Positions 1 through 16,013 are shown, counted from the stretch's first letter. The stretch is 64,000 bases of DNA from Paraspadella gotoi (GCA_051294375.1 CM119269.1:19939936-20003935); one strand, 5' to 3'. Notes: generated by a model from the sequence alone, not told the origin. A program made the numbers and translations.

Positions 1-151
1 ATAAAAGAATATAAATAACAANNNNNNNNNNCTGTGGCCCCGCGGGGGAGACATTCTGGGCGATGACATATCTCCCAGTTTCTGTCGCCCTTCCTCGCAG
101 TCTAAACTCCCACAGCCCCACCCTGCCTCTATCACACCTCCCACTTTTTTA

Positions 152-363
152 TCACTCCTCCGACGCCACTCTCATGGCCATGACAGTCTCCCCCAAAAAA
201 TGAACGTTCCGCCCGTCGAACCAGGCGGGCGGATCTCGGTTGAGGTCGAGATCGTAGCAGGCGTTGTACCACCAGCCTGATCGGTAGGCCTGGGAGCAGG
301 AGGCGTCGCCGAGGCCGTCGTTGTCGCGATCCTTGGTCGAGAACCGCTCGTTCGAGTGGATTA
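152..363 (-). CDS. Last exon of a fibrinogen C-terminal domain (FReD) protein
   Basis: Reads IHSNERFSTKDRDNDGLGDASCSQAYRSGWWYNACYDLDLN...MAMR, containing the FReD motifs FST.DRDND, C, GWWY..C. Acceptor cctttctccag; phase matches the upstream exon. Confidence 0.92.
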
Positions 364-605
364 CTGGAGAAAGGAGAGCGTGCTGACAGACTTTCCGGTA
401 GATTGACAGATCGACTGACTGACAGAAGGTCTCACTGGCTGACAGTCTTACACAATCATTATAGTAAAGAGAGACAAACAATTTTGTCCATCAATATCCA
501 TCAATCTGTCCATTTCATATATTGACTGGCTGACTGACTGATCGATTGATTGCCCAATTGACAGACCAACGGACCGACGAGAATAATCGACCCAAAAATC
601 CTCAC

Positions 606-813
606 TCAATGGATCCCAGACTTTCCCGTCGGTGGAGACTCTCATCGTCTTCGGATCCATGTATCTCTCGACGCTGGGCAAATTTCCGTAGTCGGTCAAC
701 TGACCCACGCGAAGCCGGAAAAAATCATCGGCGTCGGCGACGACAAAGTCGGACCAAATGGCCCACCCCTCGCCGCCGGCCGACACCCCGGCCGAGGTGT
801 TCGTCCATCGGAC
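606..813 (-). CDS. Internal exon of the FReD protein
   Basis: cag|VRWTNTSAGVSAGGEGWAIWSDFVVADADDFFRLRVGQ...WDPL|gtgag; resembles FReD A.Y..F.V......Y.L. 208 nt, splices in phase (a|ta = Ile) to 152-363. Confidence 0.88.
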
Positions 814-936
814 CTGCGAAGGAGGGTATTGGTGGAGAGGGGCGAGGGGGATCGGGGTGGAGGGGTCGAAGAAAAATTGGCTCTCTTTTCCAAAAACGCC
901 CCATTTCTGCTCCTTAATCCTTAATCGAGAGGAGAG

Positions 937-989
<53 letters not shown>

Positions 990-993
<4 letters not shown>

Positions 994-1622
994 GTCTTTA
1001 AGCGAGTAATCGTATTCCTTTCCTGTACTGGCATTACTGTACCTGTTGTTCACTCCCTGGGAGCTGAATGACTACGTCAGCCCGCTATTTTTTTTCACTA
1101 GGGTACCTTATAAATTCACGCAGTAGGATAACTTACTTTACTTAAAAGTATAACAATATTTGTTTCTTTAATTTTCTGATATTTTTTTCTGTATATTTTT
1201 CAGGATCTTTCTTTTGTACAGAAAACACAATAGGAATAGCAAAACACTTTTACAACGATTCCTTGATAAATTGGCCAGAAGAAGGAAACAAATTACTGAG
1301 ATTACTTGTTAAATAGGAGGACCACCAAAGACGAAACAATATAACACTTGATGATGAATTTAATGAAATATGGATATAAATAGATACAAATAATGAACAA
1401 TTGGAAACGAAAGAGTTTAACAAAACAAAGGAACAACAACAACAAGCCAACCAACAACATACAACAACAAACTTCTCCCTCGTCAAAAAAACAACTCACT
1501 ACCTCGCTCGTAGACGCGTGAGGGGCAATTGAGATTTAGAAAGAAAGAAACGAAAGAGGAAGAAAGAAAGGAGAAAGAGAAGAAAGAAAGAAAGAAGAAT
1601 GAAAGAAGAAAGAAAAAATGAG

Positions 1623-1653
<31 letters not shown>

Positions 1654-1668
1654 AATGAAGATGAGAGA

Positions 1669-1699
<31 letters not shown>

Positions 1700-3870
1700 A
1701 AGATGAGAGCAAGAACAGAAAGACAAGAAAAGACAGACAGAACAGAAAGAAAAAAAAAGAAAATTGAGAGAAAAAGAAAAGAAAGAAAGAAGAAAAAAGA
1801 GACGAAGAAAAGAAAGAAAGAAAGAGACGCATGAAAATAAATAAAAAAAATAAAATAAATTTTTAAAACAAATACATGAAAATTTACAAAATAAATGATT
1901 TGAAAAGCTTATGTCATTAAATATCTTACAACGAATTATTACTCTAAGTAGAAATAAGATTTCGTAGAGAAAGTACTGAACGTCCTACGCAGTCGGGTGT
2001 CGTTTCCAATCCCATGACCCAATATATTTTCTTTTCTAATAATGCCTCGATTTAATTGCATGTGACCCCTTTTCCTCTAATTTCCTTTTTGGTATATGTT
2101 TGGTATATGTTACTTAGCACACCTTAATTGACACACCAGACAATCGAAGAACACGATGAGACTCATACCCGTTTGTAGAAGAAAAAGTCCGACCTGAATA
2201 TTCCAATTAACGATTAACGATTTAAAGATTCAATTAACGATTTTAATTAACTAATCGATTAGATCCGTCGTTGATCTTGATAGCTTGGCCTCAAGCACTA
2301 ACGTAAAAATAGTACAACAGATATGGTCAACCACCATTGTACCGACCAAAAAGGCAATGAACGACAACGACAATACGTATGAAAAAAAAACTCCCATTGC
2401 ATTGGTGACGGCACAACCTAAAAAGACAAATCAATTCACTGATCTCTGAGACGCTCATTTATGCAAAATGATACTCATTGGCATTTAATTATTGTGTTAA
2501 AGTTAAATGTGTTTCTCGAATACGCCGCACCCTTCACGTTAAGATTAGTATTTCTCAATTTATTAAGTTTTTTTATATATCATTTCTTATCGTGAAAAGA
2601 AAATAACGAAAACACAATTGTTTTTAATATTTTTTATGCTTTTATCACAAGATAACATAGTGTTAACTTAAAAATAAATAAAAATAAATTTTCACTGACA
2701 GCCATCAATAAGATTCTCAAGACCAAAATAATTATAAACGGCGCAAACACGCAAATCAAACCTCTGTTGTGTTTTGAAGGAATTGTTCTAGTCTACGTGA
2801 CATCTTGCGTTATACGCGTTCATTGCAGTTTCAGAATGACAGAAATTGTTGATATTAAGGATGCGAGAGAGAGCGAAGCGCAGGATTCGCGGCTGTCGTC
2901 CATCCCTGCCCCCAACCTAACTTGGTCACTGCTGTTCCCCACACTTAACAACTATCCACCGCTCCTGTATCTCTGGCGGTCGCAAACTTCAGACTTCTTC
3001 GCTTTTCTAAAAATCCAGTGCACTCCAAAGTTCGAAGCTCACGTCACAATTCTAACCTTTAACGCTCCCCATCACCGACAAGGGCGGTGAGGCGCGCGAC
3101 CATCGAATTCGGTTTTTGAACTAAAGATCAAAAATCCCCGAGTTCGACCCAAAAATAAAGAAAATTTGTCTTTCAAAATTCCGTTGTAACGAAGCCTGCT
3201 CTGAAAGAGAAAGAAAGAAGAGAGAAGAGAGAGAGAGAGAGAGAGAGGAGAGAAGAGGAGAGAGAGAGAGAGAGAGGAGAGAGGAGAGAAGAGAGAGAAA
3301 GAAAAGGGGTAAAAAGAGTACATTCGAATCGAAGGTGTTTTTTAAAATTTATAATAAATGATGGAAAGAAAATTGGTTTAGAATATTTAGCTGAATATTT
3401 TTTTTTCATTTCTATCTGTCATGGTATCTTTGGAGTTTGTCAAAATGAGTTTAGGAAATAACTTTTGTTACAAAAGAGACATTTACCAAAATTTAAAAGT
3501 CAGCGCAGGCAATTCACAAATAACCATTCGGTTTGTCGCATATTTTCATATATCGTTTTCGCCTCAGCGCCAAGAGCCATTGCTCGCGACTTTTTTGGCC
3601 AGAGAATTTTGGCCAAGTGCGTCGGATCGCGCGCAGCCTGACGTGCGATCTAATGTTTTAACAATAAAACGAGAAGAAGAATAAAATATGTAAAAAAAAA
3701 CAAAGAAAAAAAAACCAGACGAAACGAGATTAAAAGTCGATCGTGGAAACCGCACGACGCGTTTTATCGCAGGTGACGAAGAATCTCGCCTGACGGAAAT
3801 GACACGGGCTTGGCGCAACAGATAGAGCCGACGAAAGGGTAAATCTGGCGGAGAGTTTAAGACAGGGAAT
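990..3870. repeat. Copy 1 (indel-rich) of a direct duplication
   Basis: Colinear with 5470-7975, from gaggtcttta..gagtaatcg to ..gcggagagtttaagacag; differences are mostly small insertions. Confidence 0.9.
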
Positions 3871-4130
3871 CCTGCTCTCTCTCTCTCTTTTCTCTCTCTT
3901 CTCTCTCTTCTTCTCTCTCTTTCTTCTTATCTCTCTTGTCTGTCTCTTCTTTCTTTCCTTTCTTTTCTCCTTTCCTTTCTTTCTTTTCTTTCTTTCTTTT
4001 TCTTTATTTTCAAAAGTAAAAACATCTAAATCATTGCCTTTAAATCTAAATATTAGTTTTTGCACATTTTGACCAACGCCCCCCGCCCCCCGTTATCACG
4101 CAATCCCCCTACTTCCGAATCTTCTCCCAG

Positions 4131-4316
4131 TCTGATTTGTTCCTCCGCGGGAATGGGACCGACTACGTGAGGAATTCGAGAGCCCTCCTCAACAACCAAC
4201 AACGACAGGTATTTCGCCGCCCGAATCGAACCCGAGATCTTCGTGGATGGGACTCGAATATTTGGCGGCAACTCACGAGGAATCAAAAGCAAAAACGATG
4301 GCAGCTCATGATAAAA
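4131..4316 (+). CDS. FReD middle exon, frameshifted, on the strand opposite to the rest of the gene
   Basis: cccag acceptor; frames join to ...WMGLEYL/RQLTRNQKQKRWQLMIK|gtgcga, matching FReD (F)WLGLE.LH.LT....L.I; phase-0 end fits the VRWTN exon at 606-813. Confidence 0.7.
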
Positions 4317-5041
4317 GTGCGAGCGACTTGGGATAAGGTGAATGAAGTAAAAAACCGTTAGAAAAGGATTAGAAAAAAGAGTTGAGATGAGAAGGGACTC
4401 GAGGAGCCGAGATAATATGAGAAGAGACGAGAACGAAATTAATATGCACAGAGCTAAAGCGATTATACATTTAAAAAATACGCATTATATACTTTTCGGC
4501 CTTATTCTCTTGAAACGCTCCACCTTTTATCGTTAAATTTGGAATTAAATTAGTTATTTTATTTTTAAAGTTTAGGGATGCGAGCTAAAGGGTTAGAAAT
4601 TAAGGATTATGATTTAAGGTTTAGGATTATNNNNNNNNNNNNNNNNNNNNNNNNNGAATATAAATAACAAATATAAGAACAAATATAAAAGAATTGATAA
4701 TTAATTCTAATATATAGTGAAAAAAATTCTACCTTTACAATCCTTTTAAAATTTAATCCAATTTAGTCTAATAAAGTAAAACAAGTAATATTTTCCTTGT
4801 ATTATGAATTTGGGATTTTTATTGTAACACATGTTANNNNNNNNNNNNNNNNNNNNNNNNNNNNNNNNNNNNNNNNNNNNNNNNNNNNNNNNNNNNNNNN
4901 NNNNNNNNNNNNNNNNNNNNNNNNNNNNNNNNNNNNNNNNNNNNNNNNNNNNNNNNNNNNNNNNNNNNNNNNNNNNNNNNNNNNNNNNNNNNNNNNNNNN
5001 NNNNNNNNNNNNNNNNNNNNNNNNNNNTTAACGAAACTTAC

Positions 5042-5126
5042 CAGGAAGAGCCAGGGCGCGTCGGATTGCAAGCGACGACAGCAACGCCACCAATGGAAAC
5101 AGTTTAGACGGCAAAACAGAAAACAT
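5042..5126 (-). CDS. Signal-peptide first exon, probably of the FReD gene
   Basis: MFSVLPSKLFPLVALLSSLAIRRALALP followed by g|gtaagt donor; same strand as and upstream of the FReD 3' exons. Confidence 0.7.
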
Positions 5127-5443
5127 GTTTAATAAGAAAGTTTAATAAGAAAGTTTAATAAGAAAGTACCGATTCAAATTAGCAAAATGTTTTCGGTCAA
5201 GATTGACTTTGCATTTAAATTTTCTGGGATTGACGCGAAATTCCAGTTNNNNNNNNNNNNNNNNNNNNNNNNNNNNNNNNNNNNNNNNNNNNNNNNNNNN
5301 NNNNNNNNNNNNNNNNNNNNNNNNNNNNNNNNNNNNNNNNNNNNNNNNNNNNNNNNNNNNNNNNNNNNNNNNNNNNNNNNNNNNNNNNNNNNNNNNNNNN
5401 NNNNNNNNNNNNNNNNNNNNNNNNNNNNNNNNNNNNNNNNNNN

Positions 5444-8076
<2,633 letters not shown>

Positions 8077-8583
8077 CTCTTTCTCACTCTTCACTCCCTT
8101 CCTTTTTAACCGACAATTCACTATCACTATTTAATTTTTCTTTTACTCTCTTTAAATAATAAGTCTTAAAAATGCATAATACTTTTCACGGTTAAAAGTC
8201 CGGCACTAGTATTCCCTTTGTCAGTTGCTATAATCTCTATCAATCGAGGAAAGAGGAAGTGAGAGAAAGAAGAAAAGTAATATATTGGTTGTACCAATTT
8301 CATATATACAGGGACTGAGTGATACAAAAAATATTGAAATATTATCGAAATGAAGAGCGATCGGGTTAAAAAAACTTTTCTTACTAATAGAAAAATACTT
8401 GATTTCTGTTTTCCATCAATTCGCAAAATTCACGTTGATTATACTGTTATACTGGTTATTTTTTAACTAAAAAATGTTATCAAAATAATATAGAAATTTA
8501 TATTGGTTTTACCAATTTTATATACACTGAAAAAATTACGAGTTTAATCAAGTCTTTTAGTATCACTCCAGATTTAAGTAGAG

Positions 8584-8700
<117 letters not shown>

Positions 8701-9309
8701 GGCAAAATAGTAAAGATTATAAATGGAAATCGATGGTTAAAATGATAACGGCTCAACGGTTCCCTATAAGTCAATGTTTTTTGTGGATCGTCGATGATTT
8801 TGTGGATTTGTTCAAAATTTAAAATTAATTAAAAACAAAGAAGAAAAAGACGAGTGAGACCAACTGTCTAATGATTAAAAAAAACCTCAGTAGACATTTA
8901 TTTACTAAGATTTTATTTTTGGATCCTGTATTTCGGTCTCAAAACGCGGAAGCGAAAATCCACGCGGTAGCGCCGCTTGGAAAGTCGTGGCGCCGGTAGG
9001 TCGTAGCGACTGATGACTGCGCACTGTCGGGCTTGGTAAGGTCAGTAATTAGTCTTATTTCGCAGTGCTGAAAGAGTGTGTTGGTTTACTTATAAGAATA
9101 GGAGAGCGTTAACATTGAATCTGGAGAGAGTGATTTGGGGTATAGGGTGTTAGATCAATGAAGTTATTGCTTATTTAAATAGATATAACAAATTAAATAT
9201 TAGGTCATCTCGTTCAACGAGAACACTCTTGATGTCTATGAGATCACGCGCTCTCACAGTGTCTTCTTTGTTTTAGTAGAAACTGTAGTGAATGTAAATA
9301 TTAATTTAA

Positions 9310-9858
9310 GTTAGTCGATGTTGTGATCGGTGGCGGCTGCTCGGAAACGGGCTCAGAGCCAGGCTGCCTGGGGCGGCGGTCGGCGACGAGACAGGAAGGC
9401 AGGCTGTAGACGACGAATGGCGGCGCGACTGGTGCGATGAGGCGCGGCGCGCGGCCAGGGTGCGATTTGCCGGCGCTGCGAAAAGGCGTAGGGTCATGCT
9501 GAGGAGTTCGGCGGGCCGCCGAGGAAGCTGCGGAATATGGGTGCATGCATGGTGACTTTGCGTTGGAGGCCTTGGCGTTTTTTGATTCGCTTGCTGGGTG
9601 TGATCGAACCAACGTTGGAGGTATAGACGTACGGCGCTGGATCGGTTTCCGGTTTGCGGGCGCCGTCCAGGGATCCCGTCATGCGCTAGAACGCGGCGTC
9701 CTAACGCCCAACGGGAGGAAGACGTTGCAGAGGGTCCGCGACGAGTGCGAGAGGGGCGCGTATCGGCGGTCGACGGACGACCGTCGATGCGCAGCCGTCG
9801 GGATTGCCTCGTATCGTCGGTCGAGTCTCATCGTTTCCGACAGGAGCCCAGCAGACAT
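9310..9858 (-). CDS. N-terminal exon of the SLC36-like transporter, frameshifted and inverted relative to the other exons
   Basis: Starts MSAGLLSET; pieces across frames give SNAK..MH.IFRSFLGG....P..FRSAG......LIAPVA.FVVYSL..LV, matching TM1-TM2 of Aa_trans/SLC36 (SN....MHL.K...G.GIL.MP.AF..AG). 3' end approximate. Confidence 0.65.
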
Positions 9859-10354
9859 TTTTTTACGTTCTTCTTTAATCAGTCTTTGTTTATAATATTG
9901 CTTTTGCTTTTGTATTGTTTTCCTTTCATTACAATAAGATGCTAGTTTTCTTTGACGTGTACAAAGCTGAAAACGTTCTTGTGAACCGATAACTATATTA
10001 TTATGTTTAGTAAACCATCTGGCGTGCAAAGCTAGATTATAAACTGCGTGAGAACTCGGGCGTCCAAAGAATCTTTTTTACGTATATAAATTATTTCTTA
10101 TTGTTTAGATATTGTTTATATGAGTGGCAGATTCCCCCGCGCAAAAAAATTTTTTGTAGATACGCTATGCGGAAATTGGTTGTTAATTTTCTTCGGTTTT
10201 TTTGCACTCTTTTCTTTTTTTTTATTAGTAAAGATAAAGATCATTAAGGCCAGATTTTATTTCTCGTTTTGAGTCTGGCACGCCGGTGGGATTCTTCGCT
10301 TTCCTCGGGGGGCGTTTTGAGACGNNNNNNNNNNNNNNNNNNNNNNNNNTAAAG

Positions 10355-10480
10355 GTTGGACCAAAGTGGTGCCGCGAACGCTTGGCCGTCCACGGCAAGA
10401 CCATCATCAACGTCCTCATTTGCATATTGCAGCCCGGATTCTGCGCTCCCTACATCGTCTTTATCGCCGAGAATTTTAAG
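10355..10480 (+). CDS. SLC36-like amino-acid transporter exon
   Basis: ag|VGPKWCRERLAVHGKTIINVLICILQPGFCAPYIVFIAENFK|gt, matching SLC36 GP...VN.FL...QLGFC.VY.VF.A.N.K; 126 nt, phase 0. Confidence 0.88.
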
Positions 10481-10549
10481 GTTGGATCGGTCGGTTGAAC
10501 TGAATTAGGCAATAGGCAACTCTTTTTTCTTTAACTACCACTTTAAAAG

Positions 10550-10746
10550 GATATCGCCGGACTCACCATGAGCATTCGCTTGGTCATGCTGACTCTGATC
10601 CCCATATTGCTGCTGCTCATGATGATTCGCAGCAGCAGGATCCTCGGCTACGTAAGTCTCACAGGCAACATCGTCTTCATGGTCGGGTTCGTTATCATCT
10701 TGCAACACATCGTCCAAGAGCCTATGGCCGTCAAAGATTTGCCGAA
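10550..10746 (+). CDS. SLC36-like transporter exon
   Basis: ag|DIAGLTMSIRLVMLTLIPILLLLMMIRSSRILGYVSLTGNIVFMVGFVIILQHIVQEPMAVKDLP|gtaa; two TM segments and the IR....L...S...N pattern. Confidence 0.88.
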
Positions 10747-11098
10747 GTAAATTTTTTTTTTTACCTTTTTTTTTAATAGGTTTTGATATCACTGTTGAAA
10801 TTCCTAAAGTTAATTTAAAAGATAAAATAACTTGGATCAATGCCAATGTTAAAGTTTGTCAAAATTGATAATTTTTACCGATAATAGAAGTTAATTTAAA
10901 AGTTTAAAATAATTTTTGGAAAAAGAAGTCGAGAAATTCCCAAGATTACAAGCAAATTTAAAAAAAATTAAGAATAACTAAAATATTTTTTTGAATGTTA
11001 GAATGTTAGAATGTTTNNNNNNNNNNNNNNNNNNNNNNNNNATTGAACACACCTTTCTCGACCTCGATTACTTTTCAAACAGACAAGTGCGCTAAAAG

Positions 11099-11260
11099 AT
11101 AACGATTCATCCAACCCAGTGGCCACCTTCTTCTCCATCCGTGCCGTTCACTTCGCCCTCTTGAAGGCATCCATCCCGTTGCCCTGCCATCTCAAGAGCC
11201 ACAGATGAAGACCCCCAAGGCCTCTTTGGCTTCAACGGCGCAGGTCTTGCTTAAACCAAG
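11099..11260 (+). CDS. SLC36-like transporter exon (indel-rich, boundaries approximate)
   Basis: Fragments recover ..FFSI.AV...EGI..V.LP.....MKTPK..FGFNG, the P.FFG..IFAFEGI..VLP.E..M..P..F....GVL signature. Confidence 0.65.
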
Positions 11261-13714
11261 TAGCGGCACAGCCGCTCCACTGACAAGTACAGCCAGAATG
11301 CCGCCAACTTGCCTTATTCAAAAAACTATCCGTCTCTCCTTGACTATACAGCACCTGCGTTAACGAGAGATCGTAACCGCGCGCAGATACTTGGCCGTGC
11401 GACGCACAACAAACACTGAATCATTTGATTGCAATACGTCAACTACGAAGTAAAAAAAAGCTTCCAGTTACAGGTCTAACGTGACGCCACCAGGAGATAC
11501 CGCACCGCTGACGCCAGAAATGAACAACAACACCGCATTGCAACATCGCAGTTTCTGACACTCTCCCCGGATTGAGCTAGCTACGCTTAGCGTAGTGTGT
11601 GTGCATTATACTCTGCACCCCATGAACAAATTATTAATTCATGACCAATGAAACTTCACTATTTGCCCTTGCAGCGTTCTAACCTCACTTCATACTACAA
11701 AACTACATCAATTCGTTCAATGAACCACGGGCTAATCATGCGTCGAGACTAGAAAGTTATTAGCTGAGGCCACTTATAGCTATATATCTTACTGTCACAA
11801 CTAATATTAAGAACTAAAATACTCTCTCTCCTTACGTCGTGATTGCCCGACAGTGCGTAAACTAACAATAAAATCTAACCATAAAAAAAATAAAGCCGAA
11901 GCAGCCTGGGACTCCCCTCGGAGGACTCCACTTCACCGACGCGTTTCTGGGTGAAAATTAAAATCACACTTAAAACCTTATGCATCACGTTCTAATTGTG
12001 AAACAGTCCTGCAGGATTCGCGAAGAAAAGTGCCGAGCACACCTCCGATAAGGGCACCATCGGGAGACCCAGAAAATTGCTTTTCGAACAATAACCACCG
12101 ATTGGGCCGATCCCTTATGTATGTGATACGCGGCCCGCGTCAAGAACAGGCTGCGTACGTGCGCAGCCGAAGCCGTCCGCAAAGTGAGTTAAGAAAACAA
12201 ACTTGCCAAATCGCTTCTCAAGACTGGCCCGGCACGTATGAAACTTTGGCCATAAACCCAGGATCCTTTTTAATAAACATCTAATAATCACAACATGACC
12301 GAGGCCACAGCCCGAGTTAGACGCCGCTTCGTTAAAGCAATTAACAATCGAAACTAAACAAAATTTGAAACAAATTGTTACAATAATGCCAACCAGCTTT
12401 CTTCGGAGCGTACCAGCGCGACCCGACAGGCCGAAGGCGCACCGTCCCGAGAGTGACTGTCCCGGCAGACTGTTCACTGATCTTGCACAATTTGCTGGAT
12501 TATAGCCCACACCCTGCACTTGAAAACGACATCGCACGTAAGTCTACTTAAAATTAAAGATTCCTTTTTGGCCGAGCGTCTTGTAAATTACACTGCTACG
12601 GACGCTATCCTAAGGCTTGTCCCGTTATTGTATCTGATGAGAGTAATGCCAGGCAGTCAGCTAGACCGAACCAGGCTGTTCGAGGCAAATCTGATGAGGG
12701 GCAAAATGCAAAGCGTTGACGCACACCGCGTAAACTGTCATTTTGGCCGCCACCTTACCGGCCTGTCCCCCAAGCTACCCCACAGCCTGCGTCGACTCTG
12801 AGAAACCCCTCGTCCATGCATTTCGCACTGAACGTCACGTCGAGCGTACCAATCGCGCCTCGCAGCATTGGGCCCAACTTCTCCCGACCAGCGTCCATTG
12901 CCACCTCGCCAAGAAGTCTACTTCAGGCGTTCTCCCGCCGGCGTTATGGCCACGCCTTCAAGCGCCGTCTCCAGTGTAACCGATCTTCTCCACGAGCGCC
13001 GAGCGGACACGTCGTAACAAAAAGTCCTCTCGATACGTCCAAAAGAGACGCATCAGGCAAACAAAGGTGGTCCATCTAATCTAGCAGAGAGTTGACGAAG
13101 AAACACCATGGCGATTGAAAAAAGCACTAGAGAGAAAAAGAATAGATACGAAAAAGCCGCAACATATAAAGAGAGCAAGAAAAATTAACAAGAAGGAGGC
13201 GTTGGAGGCTTAAAATGAACAGCTAAAGGTTGAGAGAATGAGAAGAACAGGAAAGAACAGAAGCGATTTACGCACATGTTCAGATTGAAAGCCTATTGAA
13301 AGACAAATAGAAAAGCCGCCAACAGAGAGAACTTCATAACATTAGTAAGAGCGCCCAGTTGCTGAAAGAAAGGACCTGCCTATTTCCTGGCCAGATCGGG
13401 CAGGAGATCGCCCTCCAACGCACACACGACGCACCCAGATCCGCCGTAACGTCACGCCGACCAGTCTCAAGTCAGCCGTCGAAAACTCATCGGAACACGC
13501 GAAACGTCGCGTCGACCACCCGCACCTCGCGACCGATCAACGCCGCATCGAAGAGCGGCCCCGCACCCGCCGAAACGCCGCGCAAGCAGAACGCCCGTCC
13601 GCCGTCCAACCTCCGCAAATCGCAGACATCTCCGCCGGACATATTACCGCAATGGCCCCAAATCCCATCGTCACTACCCGGTGCAGCGCGGAGGCAACAG
13701 GAAAGGGCAGGGCA

Positions 13715-13871
13715 GGACTTAATGCAGCAATCTCTCTCCTTTCCCGACGAGGAAATCTACAAGTCGCTAAAAATGATATACTCTTGCGTTTTGCTTGCCT
13801 CGTTCCCGATTCAAATGCTGCCCGTTGTCGAGATCCTCTACTTTGACTTTCTCTACAAATTCGTGCCTGAG
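13715..13871 (+). CDS. SLC36-like transporter exon (5' boundary uncertain)
   Basis: GLNAAI/SLSFPDEEIYKSLKMIYSCVLLASFPIQMLPVVEILYFDFLYKFVPE|gtgaag, matching SITLNLP....Y..VK..YS......S..LQ. Confidence 0.8.
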
Positions 13872-14240
13872 GTGAAGGGAAGGAAGGAAGTCTTGATTTT
13901 TTTTTTATTAGTCTGTTGATTGTCTGTTCGGTTTCATTTTTTTCATCTTTCTGTCTGTCCATCAGTCTATCCCACTTATATTAAAAAGGGTCAAAACTCA
14001 ATTAATACTTTTATCAATATACTTTATATTTGTGGTGCGAAGACATTTAACGTGCAGTGCGNNNNNNNNNNNNNNNNNNNNNNNNNNNNNNNNNNNNNNN
14101 NNNNNNNNNNNNNNNNNNNNNNNNNNNNNNNNNNNNNNNNNNNNNNNNNNNNNNNNNNNNNNNNNNNNNNNNNNNNNNNNNNNNNNNNNNNNNNNNNNNN
14201 NNNNNNNNNNNNNNNNCTGTCCTCTCCCCACCCACTACAG

Positions 14241-14558
14241 CGCCCACCAATCCCAAAAGTGTGTTTCGAACTTCTCTTCCGCGTCGCCCTCGTCTTCTGC
14301 GTCTCCATTCTCCCCATCACTCTCCCCACCGTCGGACACCTCATAGAGTTCTTCGGCGCCACTCTCGGCACCACCTTCGCCATCGCTCTGCCGAACATCA
14401 TCCAGCTACTCGTCCGCTGGAGCAAAGGAGACTGGGGCCGCTGGTACTTTTTCCTTCTCCTCCACGGCTTTATATTGGTCATCTGCGTCGTGCTCATCTT
14501 CGTTGGGTCGTACACGAGTTCCCTGGGGCTGGCGGAGGCGTTCAGTAGCGAGAAATAG
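14241..14558 (+). CDS. Last exon of the SLC36-like transporter
   Basis: cag|RPPIPKVCFELLFRVALVF...LPTVGHLIEFFGATLGTTFAIALPNII...GSYTSS..stop; three TM helices typical of the Aa_trans C-terminus; AATAAA near 15221. Confidence 0.9.
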   Translation, partial: RPPIPKVCFELLFRVALVFCVSILPITLPTVGHLIEFFGATLGTTFAIALPNIIQLLVRWSKGDWGRWYFFLLLHGFILVICVVLIFVGSYTSSLGLAEAFSSEK

Positions 14559-15972
14559 GTGGTGAGGCCGCTAGATGGGGGACGGGGGGAGTATGAAGTC
14601 GTTTGGCAGGTATTGGCAGGAATGTCGTAGTGCGAGGATAAGGAGGATTTTTTGAACGAGCCTTGAAGTTGAGAAAATTACTAAAAAATGATTTAAAAAA
14701 GAAAGATGTGCCAAATTTGATAAGACATGGGATAAGACAGGGAGCAACTGTTGAGCCCTCGGCGATGGGTCAGCATCAGGGGCTTCAGACACGCTGTGGT
14801 GCGCTTCCACTAGTACGCACTCTCTGGTTGTTTTCAACTGAACGGGAGGACGCCCGCCAGGCACTGTAAGCGAAACGTCCAGTTGGGATGATGCGTTAGC
14901 CTGATAAACCATTGAACTTTGTGAGATGGAGATTCTTCAGGTACAGCTTCACAACGAAAGGAGTCGTTTCACGTTAATGCGGCAATTCATGAAGGACTGC
15001 GCTTTAACTACGTCTGTTACGGTTGTGACATTTTTATTTGTTAAATAGTTAATCGCCAATTCGACTAAAGGAGCGTGATGTAGTATTTCTAAAAGTGTTA
15101 ATGTTTTTATGAAATTATTAAATGTTTTTAAATTTGTTTAGTATAGTTGTTCTGCATTGTCTAATTTTAATTTTTCCAATATAATGGTGTTTATATAGCT
15201 TACACTTTACAGTTTATAGTAATAAACCACTAAAAAGAATTTTTGGATTTTTTTTTGTTTTTATTTCCAAGCGACGCAGTAGGAATTTAAAAAGCTTTCT
15301 TTTTTTTAACATTGTTCCTCCATTTTGTTTTATCTTTGACTTTTTTTTTATTCTATTTTCTTTTATCTGTGACTCTTTCTTTACCACTCAGGCCCGTCAG
15401 GGTTACGCTATTCAGACCACGCCATCTCTTTGTTTGTTTCATTAACAATTCTTCCCATTTTCCTGATAACCGAGAGACTCTACAGCTGGTCTCACGCCTT
15501 CGCTCTTTTTCTCTGACACCCCCTTTACCCTGCTCTCTCTTTTTTAATCGCTTATTTTTAAATTTTCTCCAATATTTTTATTTTATTTTCAAGATTTTTC
15601 CTTTATTCCTTTTTTTCCAAATCTTACATTACATACGTACATCCTTCTCTCTCATCTCCCTGGATAATCTTTTCTCTTCGATGAATATTTTTTAATCATT
15701 ATTTTCGTTCGACTCCTACCATTTCTACTTTTATTTTTCACAACCTAATCGCGCCGAGCACTAGGCTTCCCCCCTCCATACAGTTCAAAAACGGTCCTAA
15801 CCCCTTACGATCGCCCCTTGCATTCCCCCTTCCTTGCCCCCTTAGTCATTTCCGGCCTCCGCAAATAAATCTTGTCTTATCTGCTTCGCCTTTTAGATGT
15901 CGTTTGGCTTCTGCCTTTCCGCTCCGTCGAAAAGAGAGAGAGAGAGGAGGAGAGAGAGAGAGAGAAGAGAGG

Positions 15973-16013
<41 letters not shown>

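Noticed and set aside
14830-14890. Hammerhead-like GAAAC with flanking stems
   Set aside because: The CUGAnGA core is missing.
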